A program made the position numbers and the translations under genes. Shown one piece after another: positions 1-13,066 of a stretch of DNA of 64,000 nucleotides. Origin of the DNA: Ginglymostoma cirratum (taxonomy: Eukaryota); NCBI GenBank assembly GCA_024137785.1, contig JAHRHZ010000062.1:30225755-30289754 (forward strand), given 5' to 3'. Each line of letters opens with the position of its first letter. The first letter of the stretch is position 1. The notes under the pieces are model-generated. The model was not told the origin of the DNA and did no database searches. It worked only from the letters and a program-made list of their open reading frames with translations.

Positions 1-690
1 GAGTAGGAAGATAGAGAGATTAGATCAGGGAGGCAAGGAGGAAGGGGAGGCTGGACTTGGAATAAAGCTGGGAGTGGAGGGATTTTAAAAGCTGCTGAAG
101 TCAATATTGAGATCATTGGGCTGTAAGCTCCCAAGGCAAAATATCATGTGTTGTTCCTCCAGTTTACATTTGACCTCACTCTGACAGTGGAGGAGGCCAA
201 GGATGGAAGTGTCATTGGTGCAGGGGGATTTAAAATCGATGGCAACCAGAAGGTCAGATTGGCTGGTGCGTGCAGAGTGCAGATGCTCTGTGAAATGAGT
301 CTGCATTTGGTGTCCCCGATATGGAGCAGATCATGTCAGGAGCAACAGGTACAATAAATTAGGTTGGATGGAGTGCAGGTGAATCTTTGCTGGGTCTGGA
401 AGGATTGTTTAGGGCCTTGGATGGAGGTGAGAGGGGAGGTGTGCAACCTCCTGCGGTTGCAGCGAAAGGTACCGGGTGTGCTGGAGAAATTGGTGAGGAG
501 TGTAGGGCTGATGAGGGAGTCACGGAATGAACAGTCTCTGTGGAAATTGGATGGGGTGGGGAAGGAAATATCTTTTTGGTGGTGGGGTCTGATTGTAGGT
601 GGTGGAAATGTTGGAGGATGATGTGTTGGATTCAGAGGTTGGTGGGGTGGTACATGAGGACTAAGGGGATTCTATCCTTATTGCTGTTGA
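1..690 (-). mobile_element. Penelope-like element fragment, GIY-YIG endonuclease C-terminus plus start of 3' UTR (decayed)
   Basis: ORF 85..306(-) reads HFTEHLHSAR..LLVAIDFKSP..SILGLLHCQ..KLEEQHMIFCLGSLQPNDLNIDFSSF, the typical C-terminal end of PLE GIY-YIG domains; upstream sequence is frameshifted. Confidence 0.85.
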
Positions 691-1029
691 GTGCAGTACA
701 TGTTCCAGCACAATGCTGTGGAATGTATGGGCAGAAAGATGAAAGTAAAACTTATAGCCTTCCAACACAAAGATGAGACTGTTACCTCTGAATCATGGTT
801 GACTCAATAATCATGATGTCTAGAAAATATCTTATGCTCAGATTGGGATATGCCTCATTGCTGTTCTTTTGCCACTTCCTCTGTCATCACTATATCCTTT
901 TTATTTTTATTTGCAGCTTGTTATCTGTCATTGAAACAGTTGCAGCACCAGTTTTCTTCATTGGAATGTTCCTAGAATGTGCTGTACTAATCTCTCACCT
1001 CAGTATTTCCTGGTCTTGTGCCTTTGTTT

Positions 1030-1570
1030 AACAGGTTAACCATTCCCTCTAAACGTATACAGGTTAAACCTTCTTTCAGCCTTCTGTGACTTGCTCTTTA
1101 AAATTTATCATTTGCTTTACATTTTCCTCTTCCCCGTTTTAAGATTTAATCTGATTTGCATGTTTTGCCACAGGTTTTCTACTGAAACATTGAAATATCC
1201 AGCATTTCTTGAAAGCAGGAGGAATTGGGGCTGGGAGAGGACAGCAGAGACCTTGGGCTAAATTTTTCTGTCTGTTCACAAAGGTGGGATGGAGGGGAGG
1301 GAGTCCCGAAAAAACCAACACTAAGCCGTGTATTGATTTCACATTGTTGACTCTGGCAATAATGAATAGCACAGGGATCTCACTCCTTTCCCTCCAATTC
1401 AAGTCAATTAAGACTTTTAAAAGATAATTTAGAGCTGGTGGAAGAGAGAAAGAGAAATATTTAAAGAGACACAGTTTTAGGAGCTATGAATTTCAGAAGA
1501 ACTATGAGGAGAAAAGTGTGGAGTAGGGAGCTAGCCACAACTGCCGATGCCCCATGAAGAAGGGTACATC
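1030..1570 (-). mobile_element. Old LINE fragment, probably L2 clade
   Basis: Purine-rich plus strand resembling the L2 copy at 48.6-50 kb; no intact ORF. Confidence 0.35.
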
Positions 1571-1879
1571 ATACTCAGTGAGGGACTCAATGGTTGTTCC
1601 ATAATGGCGGAAACAGTGGTTAGTGGTAACGTCATTAAACTACAGACATAATGTATGCATGTCAGGGAGAGTGCCCAGCCTTTGAACTTAAAAAGCAATC
1701 CCCTGGCACTTTGGAGACTGAAGAGCCTCTTTCCACTAAGCAACTTTAATCTGCCCAGAAGGAAGGCTCCAGCTGGCAATGGCGCATGGCTGTCAGATTC
1801 AGGGCCTTATAGAGATGAAGGACAACATCCTCTTCAGGAAAGGCAGAGCCAATATCAAGAGGGCATTGGAGAAGAAAGA

Positions 1880-2525
1880 GGAGCAGGAAGACACAAGGGC
1901 TCAAACCCTCACTACAGGATTGGCTGCTGAAGATGGAGTTTTCCGAGGATGAGCAAGAACAATGCTGCATGGACATCTGTGTCCCCATCCTGAACATCTC
2001 ATGACTTACAGTGTGGCCTGTCCTGCCAATGACTGTTAAGATGACCAAGACCCTGAACTTATTTTCTTCTGGTTGCTTCCATAGATCAGCTGTGGATCAT
2101 TGAGGCATCTCAAAAATAGCTGCATGTTATCGTGTACCTCACTGGTCACTGATGACTCCTTCACCAGAACTAGAGTGTGTCAGGCCAGGGGCTATTAGGT
2201 TTTGCCTCTATCAATGGAATTCCCCATGTGCAGAGCATCTTTGATTTTATTAATCAAATTGATATAAAATTGATTTTATTAATGTGACCATCAGGGAACC
2301 TAGAGATCAACCAATGAGATCCATCAACAGGAAATTTCCACTCCTTCAATCTCCAGCTGGTCTGTGACCAGAAGAGCTTCTTCCGTGTGTGCACCCACAT
2401 TCCTAGCAGCTGCCACGACTCTTCATGTTCCACCAATCCAGCGTGCCTGATATTTTCAATCCTCAAAATTACGTGGATGGATCTGAACAGACAAGAAAAT
2501 CTCTTGAAGAAATGGCTCTGCATTC
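1880..2525 (+). pseudogene. Decayed PIF/Harbinger (HARBI1-like) DDE transposase
   Basis: Manual translation across stops and frameshifts gives LPMTVKMTKTLNLFSSGCFHRSAVDH*GISKIAA, GFASINGIPHVQSIFD, INRK-FHSFNLQLVCDQK and VCTHIPSSCHDS. These match, in order, the Harbinger motifs FFASGSFQ..GISQ, GFP.V.G.IDCTH, NRKGFHS.NVQ.VCD and PGS.HDS. Confidence 0.85.
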
Positions 2526-2529
2526 TTTG

Positions 2530-2740
2530 TTTCTTTATTCTCCCATGGCATGTGAGCATCTCTGCCAAGGCCAGCACGTGTTGCCATTTATCATTGCTCT
2601 GGTGGCGTGCTCAGCCATTTCAGAGGGCAGTTAAGAGTATGCCACGTTGCTATGGTTCTGGTGTCTCATATACATCAGACTGGGTAAGGATGGCTGTTCA
2701 TTTCTATAAAGAACATTATTGAACCAGATCAGTTTCTGAA
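2530..2740 (-). mobile_element. SINE 3' half, same family as 6965-7280
   Basis: Shares ggccagca..cagagggcagttaagagt..gtaaggatggc blocks with the copy at 6965-7280. Confidence 0.6.
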
Positions 2741-4379
2741 CAGAAGTAGGTTCCTGAACATAAAGCAGACACAGCTCCTGTTTGTGCTTTGTTGGAGAAA
2801 TACAGGCTCATGTGGAAACCATTCTTGTTGATGGATTTCACTGGCTGGTGTCTAGACGCCTCGATCATCATATTGGAAAAATACAGGCTCATGTATCCTC
2901 CTGTGGAATTTCATGTGTTAATGACAGAAGACAAGTTTGGGCATGTAGTGATCGTATGATTGTTCAGGTGGACTTGTACTCAACTAAAACCATTGGCGGC
3001 TCTCCAGTTAACAGTTTCGTGGATGCAACGAGAGATCTGATTTTTTTAAGAGATGTGTAAAATGCATTTGATGTAACATGTCTCCCAAGGCAAAATAACA
3101 ACTTAACATGGTATACAATATGTTTTGTTCCTTTCCTTTGACATATTTTTGAGGAACTTTAACACATTGAAATTAAAATCATCATGCCATTTCATTTGTT
3201 ACAATTCAATGCGAAGAAAAATTGCCTATGTTTCGAACGACAAAATGCTTTCACTTCCAACCTCTACATCACCATTTTCTACCTTCCCATTCTCCTCTAG
3301 GATTTTCCATTTTGTGGCCATTAGAAGTTAATTTTTATAATCCCGCGAATTACTGTTAAAGCTTGAGATATTTAATTTGTTGTGACTATGAAGGTGCATA
3401 TAAATCTGACTGATGAAACCATAAGGTGGAGTTAAACTGCCAGAAACTTTGGTAGAAGTTTGAGTCATTTTGCATTTGTATTTTGCATTTGTTAGATTTA
3501 TAGCAATAAGGAAAGTAAGGAAATTGGTATGTATGTAAATTAAGATATCCAATTTTTCCCATTATTAAACAAACAAGCTTACAATGAAACTCAGTTGCAA
3601 CATCTGGATATATAGCTTGGGATGAGACCTGAGTAATAGACATTTTCAGCCTTAGTAAACCAGGAAAGGACTTACTTCCCCAAAAACAGCAATTATGGAA
3701 TAAAAACTGAAATCTTGAACACATCAAAGAATAAAGGTGTGAACATTTTGGCCATTCCAAGACCAGGGTGACTGTAGTTACAGTATTAAAGCACAGAGAT
3801 CGTCAAGCTCAAGTATTTCGATAAAATATCCTTATTTTCCAATATAGTGAGTTTTATTCGGTTTATGAGCCTTCCTTTAGTGATTTCCAGTTTGTACAGT
3901 AATTCCATCTTCTCTTAATATGATGTATCCATTAAGAGCCTTTACTACAGCACATCAACCCATTCAACTGTATAATGCACGCATCACTGATAATGTGCCA
4001 ATTTGTATTTGAAGATAAGCAGTTTTTTTTCATCTCCAATTATCTAACAAACCTTCCAGCTCAGCATTACACGCATTTGTTTGCTTTTTGTTTTAACTTT
4101 AGCAGTGGGAGAACCATTTATCTGGATGCTCTTTCAGAACAGGTTATATTTAATTAAAACATAGAAAATGTAAAGCATTGGTTGGTTAATTGTTGATGCT
4201 GGTTATCAGTGCTTGTTGTCCAGCTCAGTGGCTCTGATATTACTCTATTTCTTTCCTGGAACTCTTTATGTTCACTATCGGTTTATCTAAAATCAGCAAA
4301 CACAAAGTAAATAGCACTAATGTTGTGCCCAAGGTTCTAATTATTGAATGATACATAGTTAGGATGGAGCTCATAATAT

Positions 4380-5225
4380 CTGGTAACTTAATCTGAAGCA
4401 ATGTACTGCAGATGCTGTAAATCTGAAACACCCAGGCTTAGCTGGTATGTGGCAAGTGACATTCGTGCCAAATAAGTGCCAGGCAATGACTATCTCTAAC
4501 AAGGAAAATCTTAACAATCCCCTCTTGACATTCAACGGCATTACTATCACTAAATTCCCCCAAACAATATCCTGAGGGCTCTCATTGACCAGAAACTGAA
4601 CAGGACTCACCATCTAAACACTGTGGCTACTACAGCAGGTCAGAACCTGGGAATACTCCCATGAATAACTCATCTTCTGACTCCCCACCTTGCCATCTAC
4701 ATGGCATTTAACAGGAGTCTGACAGAATACTCTTCATTTGCCTGTTTAATTTCAACTGCAATAACATGAAGCTTGACATCATTCAGAACAAGGCAACCCA
4801 CTTGACTGGCACCCCATCTACCATTTTAAACTTTCATTCCCTTCACCACTGATGTACAATGACAGCAGTTAGTATTCACCTACAAGATGCACAACAACAA
4901 CTTAGCAGGCCCTTTCATTAGCATCTTCATAAGCAATGACCTTTACCACCTAGAAGGACATGGCCAGTAGTTATACAGGAACACCGCTGCTGGCAAGCTC
5001 CCTTCCAATCCACACATTGTCTTGACTTGCAACTCTATCACAATTTCTCCACTTTTGCTATATTAAAATCCTGGGACCATCTCCCTAACAGCACTGTGAA
5101 TGTCCCTGCACCCCCAGGACTGCAGCATTTCAAGGACACAACTCACCAACACCTTCTCCAGGAAATTTAGTAATGGCCAATAAATACTGGCCAATCCAAA
5201 GCCACCCATATCCTGTGAACATCCA
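4380..5225 (+). mobile_element. CR1-group LINE 3' fragment (RT C-terminus and tail)
   Basis: tggcaagtgacattcgtgccaaataagtgccag encodes WQVTFVPNKCQ; ends in a ggccaataaatactggcc..cccatatcctgtgaa tail shared with 28000-28350. Confidence 0.75.
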
Positions 5226-5319
5226 AATTAGAGCAGTCAAGTTTAATGTATATGAAAAACGTAGCTCACAGAAGGACACACCTGTTGAATGTTTTTGATA
5301 CACAAATAGAAGCGGGAGT

Positions 5320-5625
5320 CAGCCATAAAGAGCCAAGCTCTGTTCTGTCATTTAAATGGATCCTGACTGAAGATCTACTACAGGTCCATGTTTCTGTTTA
5401 ATCCTTGTATCTCTTGATTCCCTTCGTGTCTGGAAATCTGTCAATCTCAGCCTTGAATGTACACATTGATTAAGCATCCCCAGACTCTGAGGTAGGAACG
5501 ACCGAAGGTTCAAAACATTTTGAGTGAAGAAATTTACCTTCAGATCTGTCCTAAACAGCTGACTACTTATCTTGAGTCCAAGGTTTTTATGGTCTAGATT
5601 CTCCAGGCTTGCAAAACAGCCTCTT
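5320..5625 (-). mobile_element. CR1 LINE 3' fragment
   Basis: Minus strand encodes FRTDLKVNFFTQNVLNL..LPQ, the CR1 ORF2 C-terminal FF.QRV..WN.LP motif. Confidence 0.7.
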
Positions 5626-5627
5626 AA

Positions 5628-5970
5628 CATAGAATGTTTACAACACAGAAAAGGCCATTCAGCCCATTGAGTCCACACTGACCCTCCGAAGAGCATCCAA
5701 CCCAAACTCAGCACCCCACCCTATTCATATACCCCCACATTTACTATGGTTAATCCACCTAGCCTGTACATCCCTGGATACTATGGGCAATTTAGCACAG
5801 TCAATCCACACATCTTTCAACTGTGGAAAGAAACCAGAGCACCTGGAAGAAACTATGCAAACATGGGGAGAATGTGCAAAATCTACACAGACAGTCACTC
5901 AAGGCTGGAATTGAACCCAAGTGCCTGGCATTATGAGGCAGCAGTGCTAACCACTGAGCCACTGCGCTGC
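5628..5970 (-). mobile_element. HE1-type tRNA-derived SINE
   Basis: Minus strand begins gcagtggctcagtggttagcactgctgcctca..gggttcaattcc (Pol III A/B boxes) and ends in a CR1-like tail. Confidence 0.85.
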
Positions 5971-5979
5971 TCAGAAAAG

Positions 5980-6165
5980 TCACCTTACTCTTACTATACC
6001 GCATGGTAGCTTTAATAAGGTGGTTTAACCGGAAGGTCATCATGCCTCGGGTGAAGGAAGAAGTTGAGGAGAGTTCATTGTGGTAATGTTAGTCGATGCG
6101 GGAATTGAACCCACACTTTGGGTGCCACTCTACATCACTGTCCAGCCAACTGAGCTAACCAACCC
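5980..6165 (-). mobile_element. tRNA-derived SINE (second family)
   Basis: Minus strand ggttagctcagttggctgg..gggttcaattcccgc gives A and B boxes. Confidence 0.65.
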
Positions 6166-6229
6166 CCAACATCTAGCCTATCAAGCCCATTCTTCCATTC
6201 TATATTCAAGTGAGATCCCTCTGAACGGG

Positions 6230-6960
6230 AAAATATTGGCTCATTCTACTCAATCGTTCCGTGTAAGACATCCCTCTCAAAGAATCATGGCTACTGCGCA
6301 GAAGGCAGCTGATGGGCCTGCCATTTCCTCGCCAGGTCTCAGCAGGAGAAACCCAGCTTATACCAATCCTTTGCCTGTCCCCACAGTCCTGTAAACTTTT
6401 TATCTTCAGGTTAAAATTGAATTTACTTTTGGAGTAAGTTTTCAGTCAGTCTGCCTCTATTACACTGTAAGGCAATGCATTCAAGATCATAACCTCTTGC
6501 TGTGTAATAATATTTTCTTTATGTCACCATTGCTTCTTTTGCCAATCGCCTTAATTCAGTGCCCTCCGGTTCCTGATCCGTCCACATGAATCACTCCAGT
6601 GAGCCCCTGTGGGACTTGTTCAAAACTCAAGCAGATCCTTCCTTAAGAAAGGAGACCAAAAGTGTACGTGATACTCCAGGTGCAGCCTCCCTAAGTATAA
6701 TTAAAGCATGGCTTTTTTTTTCTATGCTCCAAATTGCTTGTAATAAAGGGAAAATAGCATTTTCCTTCATAATTGCTTACGCTACTTGCATGTTAAATCT
6801 CTCTCTGTTAGCTGACGTACTAGGATACCTTCTGAATAATATCATTTACTAACGTGTCATTATTTTTAAAGAAGATGTTTGTCTGTTCTTCCTACTACAC
6901 TAGGTAAGTTCATACATCCCTATACAGTGTCCATTTGCCACCTTCTTGCCCAATCACTTT
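6230..6960 (-). mobile_element. Old CR1 LINE fragments
   Basis: ggagaccaaaagtgtacgtgatactccaggtgc is the reverse complement of the HLEY..Q.WSP motif region; colinear with the CR1 copies at 21.6 and 42.8 kb. Confidence 0.6.
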
Positions 6961-6964
6961 TGTT

Positions 6965-7280
6965 TTATTCATTCACAGGATGTAGGCGTCGCTAGCTAGG
7001 CCAGCATTCATCGCCCATCCCTAATTGCCTAGAGAGCAGTTGAGAGTTGTGGGTCTGAAGTCACATGTAGGTAGCCCAAGTAAGGATGGCAGTTTCCTTC
7101 CTTAAATGACTTCAGTGAATCAGATGGGTTTTTCTTGAGAATCAATGTTTCATGGCCATTATTAGACATCTAATTCCAGATTTTTATTGAATTCAAATTC
7201 CATCACCTACTATGATGGGATTTGAAATCATGTCCCCAGAAAATTGCCTGGATCTCCAGATTAATAGTCCAAATGATAAC
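6965..7280 (-). mobile_element. tRNA-derived SINE with LINE-derived tail
   Basis: Head ggaggcgatggcctagtgg..tttcaaatcccatc; tail ctggcctagctagcgacgcctacatcctgtgaatgaataaaa matches the LINE tails at about 5200 and 28320. Confidence 0.8.
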
Positions 7281-8459
7281 ACCACTAGGCCATCGCCTCC
7301 CAAGGATAATTTGCCTTTGTATGCTTTTTATATCCCCATCACAGATGATTTTCCCACCTAGCTTTGTATCATTAGCAAATTGGATAACCTGTTACTTAAT
7401 TCTTGTGTTTCTACCCAAGGGATTCATATACCTTTCCCTCGGCAGGCTGTTTTAAATCAGAGTACAAATACAAATCGCAATATGGATCTGAAAATGTTGT
7501 CACACTAAGATCTGAATGGTGCTTCAAATAGCATATCCTCCAAAGACAACCTTGCAGCATGATTTACCTGTGGCAGTCTCTGTATGTGACCTTAAATATG
7601 CAACATCAAAAGGACTATTGTAAAGACTAGATGGTAAAAATGAGTAGATCTGAACTCAAGGCATGTCTTCAAGTAAATTTGGTTCCTTTTGACATGCTGA
7701 TGTAATTCATGCAAGGATTATTTGGTATGTGCTCAGAGTGTTTGCCCTGCCAATACATTGAATCCATACACTAAATGCATAAAATTAAGTTTCTGACTTA
7801 ATCCTAACCCTAACCTGAACCATATGATCCATGGGTTTCCAATGAAAACTACTTTTGCAGTAGGAACAAGAAAGAAATAAAGGAAACAAGCTCAAATCAC
7901 ACCACATTCATGCCCAGGGCTGTTACTGTAACAACTGATGAACTAACATTCCCCAAACTACGCTTAGTCAAGTATTCCACCATGCCAGGAATAAAGAGCA
8001 TAACTACAGCATTTATTTCAAGACTGCCACACACTCTAATTTTAGCTTTACTAATATTCATCTCTGTCCTTATTTTAATGAGAAAATGCCCATATTCCAT
8101 TAAACATTATCGATTATCTGAGGCTTATAATTAATATCAGAGCACTATGTAACATTATCTTGCTCAAGTTATACTGGAAGCTCTCCCCTGAAAATTTGAA
8201 AAAAAAATGATAATGCAAGTAACTGAGTAAAAACATCTTAATGGCATGAGGGGGAAACTGAGATTCAATATTGAGGAACTTCTTAAATCAGAGGAACACA
8301 AAAGAAAGCAAGGTTGACTTTAAGTTCTGAATCCCTGGTGCAGAAGGTCATGTTATCTTGGAGTTGAGCAATTGCAAAGCATTGTAACCCATCCCGACAA
8401 ACCATGAGATGAAGAAGGCATCACTGATGATTGAAGCTTGTAACCTTACTGAAAACGCT

Positions 8460-8950
8460 CTCTAAACAGAAGGGTGACTGCTAGAGCATCAGAGCCTGCA
8501 GATTAGGCAAAGTCATTGTCACCAGAGATAATAGGGAAAGATGAATGAATGGTTGCAATCGGTCAATTTAAATTCTCAAAGCCAATATTGAAAGACACAA
8601 GCCCCAAATAAGAAGAGAGTTGATTGATGAGATTCAGGCAATTATAAAGGAAATTAAAATATTTCAAGTTGAATTGTTCATAGTAGAAAATAAAGTTGTT
8701 GACTTAGAAAGCTGAGCAGGACACAATGTGACATTTGTAAAAGATTATTTTATGACAGAGAAGCCGCAAGCTGTACAGGTAGCAGAGGAAGTTTCCCTGG
8801 GGCAGATCCTAAAATTCAGGTCAAAACTTCAACACCATGTGTTTCAAATGAAAGAAAATCAAACTGATAAGAATGACAATGCCGAATTCCAAATTAGTGA
8901 ACTGCAGATACAGATTAACATTATATCATAGTGGGAGATATCAATAGCAG
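8460..8950 (+). pseudogene. Possible L1/Tx1 ORF1-like coiled-coil relic
   Basis: Translation LIDEIQAIIKEIKIFQVELFIVENKVVDLES*AGHNV loosely resembles the L1 ORF1p K..DLE.RSRR.N motif. Confidence 0.3.
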
Positions 8951-11900
8951 ATTGTGAGTAATGTTGGTGGTTTCAAAAAGGAAAATTTGAAATGCAGGAA
9001 GCTAAGCAAAGTGGGCACAGTAGGAAGCTGAATAACTGGTCTATTACAAGTACATGGAGTGGGTTGGAAAAGAAAAGATGTGGCAGAATCATAATGTAGA
9101 GATTGAAGAGAAGTGTTGCTGGGCCAAAGACCTACTACAGCATCCTGTTTTCACCTAGAAGACACACAACCCTTTACCAACATATTTATAACTACCAATA
9201 ATATTGAGAAAAGAAAACAAGATATAACAATGCTGTGTTTTCTTTAAAAAAAACTGGTTGTTATTTTTGTTTAGTTCAAACATAATATGAGAAAAGGTTA
9301 ATGATCGGAACAGTCATATTGATATCTCAAGGTAGCAGTTTTGTAAAAAAAAAGTCATATTTTTCATAAAGTTAATTGTATGTGAATGTTCATTCAGGGA
9401 ATCACGTTTGTTACTGCATTGCAGTCAAAAGTGCCAAACAGCAAAGTATCATAGAAACAACTAAAAGGAGAGCTTCAAGAAATGGCTCCAGTATTTTTAG
9501 CCTAAATGTGCTATTATTTTAAATGTGCAGGAACCAGAAGACATTAAGAAGGTCTTAATTACAAGCACTACTCCCCACTTTTATGAACCCTTTCAAGAAC
9601 CCATTGCTTCCAAAACTCAGCAAAGGACAACATGCCTGCAATTTGGTAGAGGGGGGCGTGGTTGCCTCATTTTGTTGAACACATGTACAGCCATATATTT
9701 TTAGAAGGAATATTCGATTGAGCGGCAAAGTCAAAAATGGCAGTCTAGGCATCAAATCAGCACTGGGCACCGAAGAACTTCACAATCTGCTTTCTTTGCA
9801 TACATCCAGTATTCATACTCGCACTGTCAGCAACATAGTTTCCAGCTTGGTCATGCCAGGAGTGGGCAGGCACGGTATTCATGCTACATTTTCATGGATC
9901 GACTCACTTAGTGCCATTAGTTTCAGTGTAACAGTGCTGTATTTATGGGTCTAGTTCTCATTTAACACAACTCTGGACTATCGCTTTATTATACAGCTGA
10001 CATTCATGCTTGTATGCTCTTGTAGCACAATCACACATGTAATTTGTCAGATAACGTTCCATAGTTTTTACTTTTGTTTCCTCAACCCTCAGTATGTATT
10101 TTTAAGGGAAGAGGATAGAAACTGCCAGGATTTATTCAACAAAAAGCACAACACTGTACAATGTTTCATTGTTTATGTCGGCTAAAAGCTTTTATCAGCT
10201 GAAGTGTCCTGTACTATAAATTGTTTCAGTCTGTGCATAATGACTGTAGAATATTAATGTCATTGCAATACAAAAGGATAAATAAGGGACAGAAAGTTTT
10301 ATTATAATATTCAGACAAAGCTATAAGACAAACTTTATAATGTTATCAGGGAACCTATTAGAAATAAAGCATTTTGATTGTTTCTCAAACTTGTAATACA
10401 CGCAATAGGATTTTCGAAACAATTCCTGACTGAGTCCAAAGCTGTTCCTGAATTTAGTCAATTTATATAATTTTTAAAGCTTTGCAATTTTCCAAACTTC
10501 TAATCATCTCGAGATATCACATGGTGACTGAACAGAGTGGCTACTTTCTTCCAACTGCAATTCCTTTAACAGTGGAGTCACCCAAGTTAAAGCCCGAACT
10601 CTTTAATCAGAATGTAGTCAGATAAGCTTATGTTAACATTACACAGACTGCAAACCTGTGTGCTGGTCATGAAAGAGTTAATATTAAATGGCTGGTCCGC
10701 ATGGACAGTCGTAATGAAGAAGCTGAGCAGACTGGTCCATTAGCGATCCTCATGAGTGATACAGTCGCCAGGTTTTTTTTCTCTGCTTTATATCGGTATC
10801 TCTGCTCCAGACTCAAATACTCAGTCTCCAAAAACTGGTGGTGTTGTCAGCTTGTCTTTTGCACATCCCTTTTTCTCTCCTCCAAGATCAGTTGCAATTT
10901 GATGAAACTCAGGACCTATTACTCAGAACTGCACATGTTCTTTGCAGATAGGTACTGTCTCTGATGAACCGACTTTCTGCCAGTTCATTGGAATCTCAAA
11001 TTTTGTTTGGAAACATCAATATTCAACACTCTTAATGAAGCAAACTTACAATACTAATCACCCTAGCCTTAGCATGCCAAAGCTACATCTAATTTGCAAT
11101 AGAACATGATGCCAGCGACTAGTTAATATATTGCTCCATGGAACAGTTAGCATCAGGCACTACACAATCTGCCATGCCAGTAGACATACAAAATACCTCT
11201 GACTGGCATTAACATATCAATATCAGCACATTAAAATTATGAGTACAACCATGCACACTCTAACTGCAGACTTGCAGCACATCCACATGATTGACCCCAC
11301 TACACATCTACATAATCCCATCAACAGCATATTATTAACAGTTCACATTGTATGTGTAGATATTGACACTCAATTAACATTAGCAAATTAATTAAAACCA
11401 TATTTCTGATGTAAAATATGTTCTTAAGATGATTTATTAACTTTGATACTAATCTAGTTAACATTGCAAATCCAAACAATCCTGGAGCAAACCAAACCAA
11501 TCATTCTTTGGTTTCTCCAATTATTACACGCTCAGCAATCATTTTAGAACAGCATTCTCAATGCTGCCCAACTTCTTGCTGCACCTGCTTTCTTGCCTCG
11601 TGTCTGATTCTACACATTTTTAAATGTGCATTATGGATTTTCTGTTTCAATACAGGGATTTAAAATTGGACTATTGTCCACTTCGACCTTTGGATTTTTT
11701 GAGCTAATCCAATTGCTCTTCCCTCCCATTCCCTGCAACAAAACCGATTTCACCCTTTAATCAGCTGTGGCTGAATTATTTTCTTTACTGCCATTTTTCT
11801 CACTGCACTATCTTAGAAAGAGCACTTCTATCAAATGCACTCACACCTGATCAGTAAGACAATGGGGACAAGATGAAAGTGCCCACCAGGATACCCATCA

Positions 11901-12801
11901 CGATTTATTCACTGTGCTGAAAGTGACTGACAACATGTAGAAAGGAAACACTTCAGTACTTTTGAAATACCTCCAACAGGAATCCTTGAAGTTTGTCACT
12001 TTTTGTGCATGTTGAAAAAAAAAGCACTCGGTCTCCTTTTAATGAGTGCCCTGGGTCCCCTGTGACATCTGCAACAAGCAGGCACTCACAGAGCTGCTGT
12101 GTTCAGATAGATAATTTAAAACTCCAGCTAAGCAGCAAGTCAGTATCAAAGGGAAGGTTGAAACTGTTTTTCTGAATGTTGCCAACTTATTCTGACCATT
12201 CTGCTTCAATTGATCACGTTTAAGCAAATTTGTCTTCCAACTCACTTGCCAAACTGAAACAGGAGTCCAAGAAGCATTAATTTTCCATATAAGAGAATGT
12301 GAGAGTTGGAGGTAGAGAGAGAAAGAGAGAGACAGCAAGCAACACAGGTCAATAACTAATAAAGCTCTTCAAATTATTCAGGTGCTAAGTGATTGTAAGG
12401 CTCACTCTTAGACTGGTCAAAGCAAGAAAGTCTCAAGAATTATAGGTGATTGAAACTCAATTGGATTGGACAGTATTGGCACCATAACTCAACTCACTGC
12501 TCCAGAGCAAACAGCTGAAGTTCCCAATCCAAAACTTGGTTTATTAAGCCCCCACCTCCTCCAATGTGACTTCACCCAGGGTTGTACAGCCTGTCACAAA
12601 AAGAGTTGAAGTAAGCTGTTTTTACATGGACAAGTATTTACAGGCTAGTGTGTTTACTGCTTTGATATTTAAGTGCATACTGACGTGTATAAAAAGAGTG
12701 TTGTATGAACAGTTACATACTTAATAAGAAAACTCCATATTTCAAGTACTTTGCTATAAAGTCAAGTTAATCCTAAGTGATCGAACAAACAGTACACCCA
12801 G

Positions 12802-13066
12802 AGATAACAAGATGTAGAGCTGGATGAACACAACAGGTCAACACCATCAGAGGAGCAGGAAAGCTGACGTTTTGGGCCTAGACCCTTCTTCACAGGGGAC
12901 CCAGGGCACTCATTAAAAGGAGAACGAGTGTTTTTTTCTGAAGGAGGGTCTAGGCCTGAAACGTCAGCCTTCCTGCTCCTCTGATGCTGCTTGGCCTGCT
13001 GTGTTCATCCAGCTCTACACCTTGTTATCTCAGATTCTCCAGCATCTGCAGTTCTGACTATCTCTA
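12802..13066. mobile_element. PLE-derived fold-back element (subfamily 1) with hammerhead motif and 15-bp target duplication
   Basis: Arms ~12802-12891 and ~12938-13030 are inverted. Direct repeat aaacagtacacccag at 12787-12801 and 13067-13081. Motif ctgaagg-agggtctaggcct-gaaacgtc at 12938-12965. Confidence 0.9.

Noticed and set aside
2792-2894. 22-bp direct repeat (ttggaRaaatacaggctcatgt) with a 59-bp spacer, superficially CRISPR-like
   Set aside because: Only two copies, eukaryotic context and no cas genes; more likely a local duplication.
3270-3340. Polypyrimidine tract plus AG resembling a plus-strand splice acceptor
   Set aside because: All three frames close within about 20 codons and no convincing donor follows.
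5900-5970. tRNA-like sequences (also about 6100-6165, 34570-34640, 35150-35250, 37515-37680, 41010-41080)
   Set aside because: They are SINE heads or fragments with degenerate stems, not complete cloverleaf tRNA genes.
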